Below the pieces are notes generated by a model. It saw only the letters and a list, made by a program, of their open reading frames with translations. It searched no databases and was not told where the DNA came from. Below, one piece after another: positions 23,159-24,000 of a stretch of DNA of 24,000 nucleotides. The stretch is taken from contig JANXDI010000029.1 of NCBI GenBank assembly GCA_025059595.1, positions 258,735 through 282,734 of the forward strand. Direction: 5' to 3'. Within the stretch, counting starts at the first letter, position 1, and every line of letters begins with the position of its first letter. The translations under genes were made by a program, and so were the position numbers. This DNA is from Candidatus Calditenuaceae archaeon (GTDB lineage Archaea; Thermoproteota; Nitrososphaeria_A; Caldarchaeales; Calditenuaceae).

Positions 23159-24000
23159 GCCTGCTCGACGTGGGGGTTTACGGCCTCGGAGTGATGGGTG
23201 AGGCCTTCGCCCTGAACCTTGAGAGGAGGGGTCTGGGTGTGGCCGTGTATAATAGGACCGTCGAGAGGACCCGTCAGTTCATTCAAGGCAGGGCAAGGGG
23301 GCGTAAGATTCAGGGGTTCACCGAGGTTAGAGATTTCGTCAACTCACTTTCGAGGCCTCGGACGATTATTCTCTTTGTGAAGGCGGGTAAGCCTGTTGAT
23401 GACGTGATAGAAGGCCTCGTTGGGATGCTTGATAGAGGTGATGTCCTCCTCGATTGCGGCAACTCGCATTACAAGGACTCAGATAGAAGATTCACCGAGC
23501 TTGCCTCGAAGGGAATAAGATTTCTCGGTGTAGGTGTGAGCGGCGGAGAGGAGGGCGCCCTTAGAGGCCCCTCCATGATGTTCGGTGGAGACTACTCCGC
23601 CTACGCCGAGGCCGAGAGCACTATCGGGAGGGCGGCGGCGGTCTTCGAGGACTCTCGATGCGTCGGCTACTTCGGAGAGGGAGGTGGTGGACATTTCGTC
23701 AAAATAATTCACAACGGAATCGAGTACGCCATCATGGAGGCGATTGCCGAGGCTTATGACTTCCTCACGAGAGGGCTCGGACTGTCCTCGGGTGAGGCGG
23801 GTGAAGTCTTCGAGGAGTGGGGGCGTGGGGAGCTTCGGTCATTTCTGGTGGAGGCAGCCTCGAAGGTTGCTAGGCACATCGACAGCGAGACTGGGAGACC
23901 GCTTGTCGAGCTTATCGTTGATGAGGCGGAGCAGAAGGGGACAGGAAGATGGGCCGTCGAGGCGGCCCTCGAGCTCGGCGTCTCGGCTCCAACTATCGCG
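23155..24000 (+). CDS. gnd: 6-phosphogluconate dehydrogenase (decarboxylating), N-terminal ~280 aa (continues past the window end)
   Basis: VGVYGLGVMGEAFALNLERRGLGVAVYNRT is the NADP Rossmann segment. It is followed by LLDCGNSHYKDSDRR, GVGVSGGEEGALRGPSMMFGG, GHFVKIIHNGIEYAIMEAIAEAY and EQKGTGRWAV, all canonical Gnd segments. It is absent from the ORF track because it runs off the edge. Confidence 0.9.
   Translation, partial: MSLLDVGVYGLGVMGEAFALNLERRGLGVAVYNRTVERTRQFIQGRARGRKIQGFTEVRDFVNSLSRPRTIILFVKAGKPVDDVIEGLVGMLDRGDVLLDCGNSHYKDSDRRFTELASKGIRFLGVGVSGGEEGALRGPSMMFGGDYSAYAEAESTIGRAAAVFEDSRCVGYFGEGGGGHFVKIIHNGIEYAIMEAIAEAYDFLTRGLGLSSGEAGEVFEEWGRGELRSFLVEAASKVARHIDSETGRPLVELIVDEAEQKGTGRWAVEAALELGVSAPTIA

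Noticed and set aside
1-24000. CRISPR arrays, IS/transposase or integrase genes, toxin-antitoxin or defence islands, and long direct or inverted repeats
   Set aside because: None were seen while reading both strands. Gene content is housekeeping and the intergenic spacers are short. I cannot exclude short dispersed repeats without a computational self-comparison.

Overview
The window is an archaeal core-genome region. I found no CRISPR array, rRNA gene or mobile element. The archaeal assignment rests on ftsZ preceded by a small CdrS-like RHH gene, an archaeal-type NMN adenylyltransferase, and an intron-containing tRNA-Gln with an A1-U72 pair. It is also supported by A/T-rich TATA boxes about 27 nt upstream of start codons and by many 4-nt start/stop overlaps. 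About 28 protein genes are supported: sdhA (partial), a C2H2 zinc-finger protein, nadM, an internally duplicated hypothetical, a three-gene glutamate-synthase-like cluster, an Lrp/AsnC regulator, mscS, a PAC2 protein, tyrA, sod, sucC, three small or hypothetical proteins, metG, ftsZ, a Toprim protein, valS, an HExxH protein, a cyclase-family hydrolase, and an Fgd-family F420 oxidoreductase / ArsC-like / gnd operon. There are also two tRNAs (Gln-CUG with two introns, Lys-CUU) and one candidate C/D box sRNA. The points most worth a second look are: (1) the Fgd-like/gnd operon, which suggests an F420-linked oxidative pentose-phosphate branch; (2) the atypical glutamate-synthase module, which has a degenerate TIM-barrel paralog and a GATase-GXGXG fusion whose catalytic Cys lies upstream of any canonical start; (3) metG, whose HIGH motif is out of frame with its only plausible start codons; (4) the two-intron tRNA-Gln; (5) a 48-aa RHH gene overlapping ftsZ that is absent from the ORF track. 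All calls come from reading translations and motifs by eye, and no searches were run.
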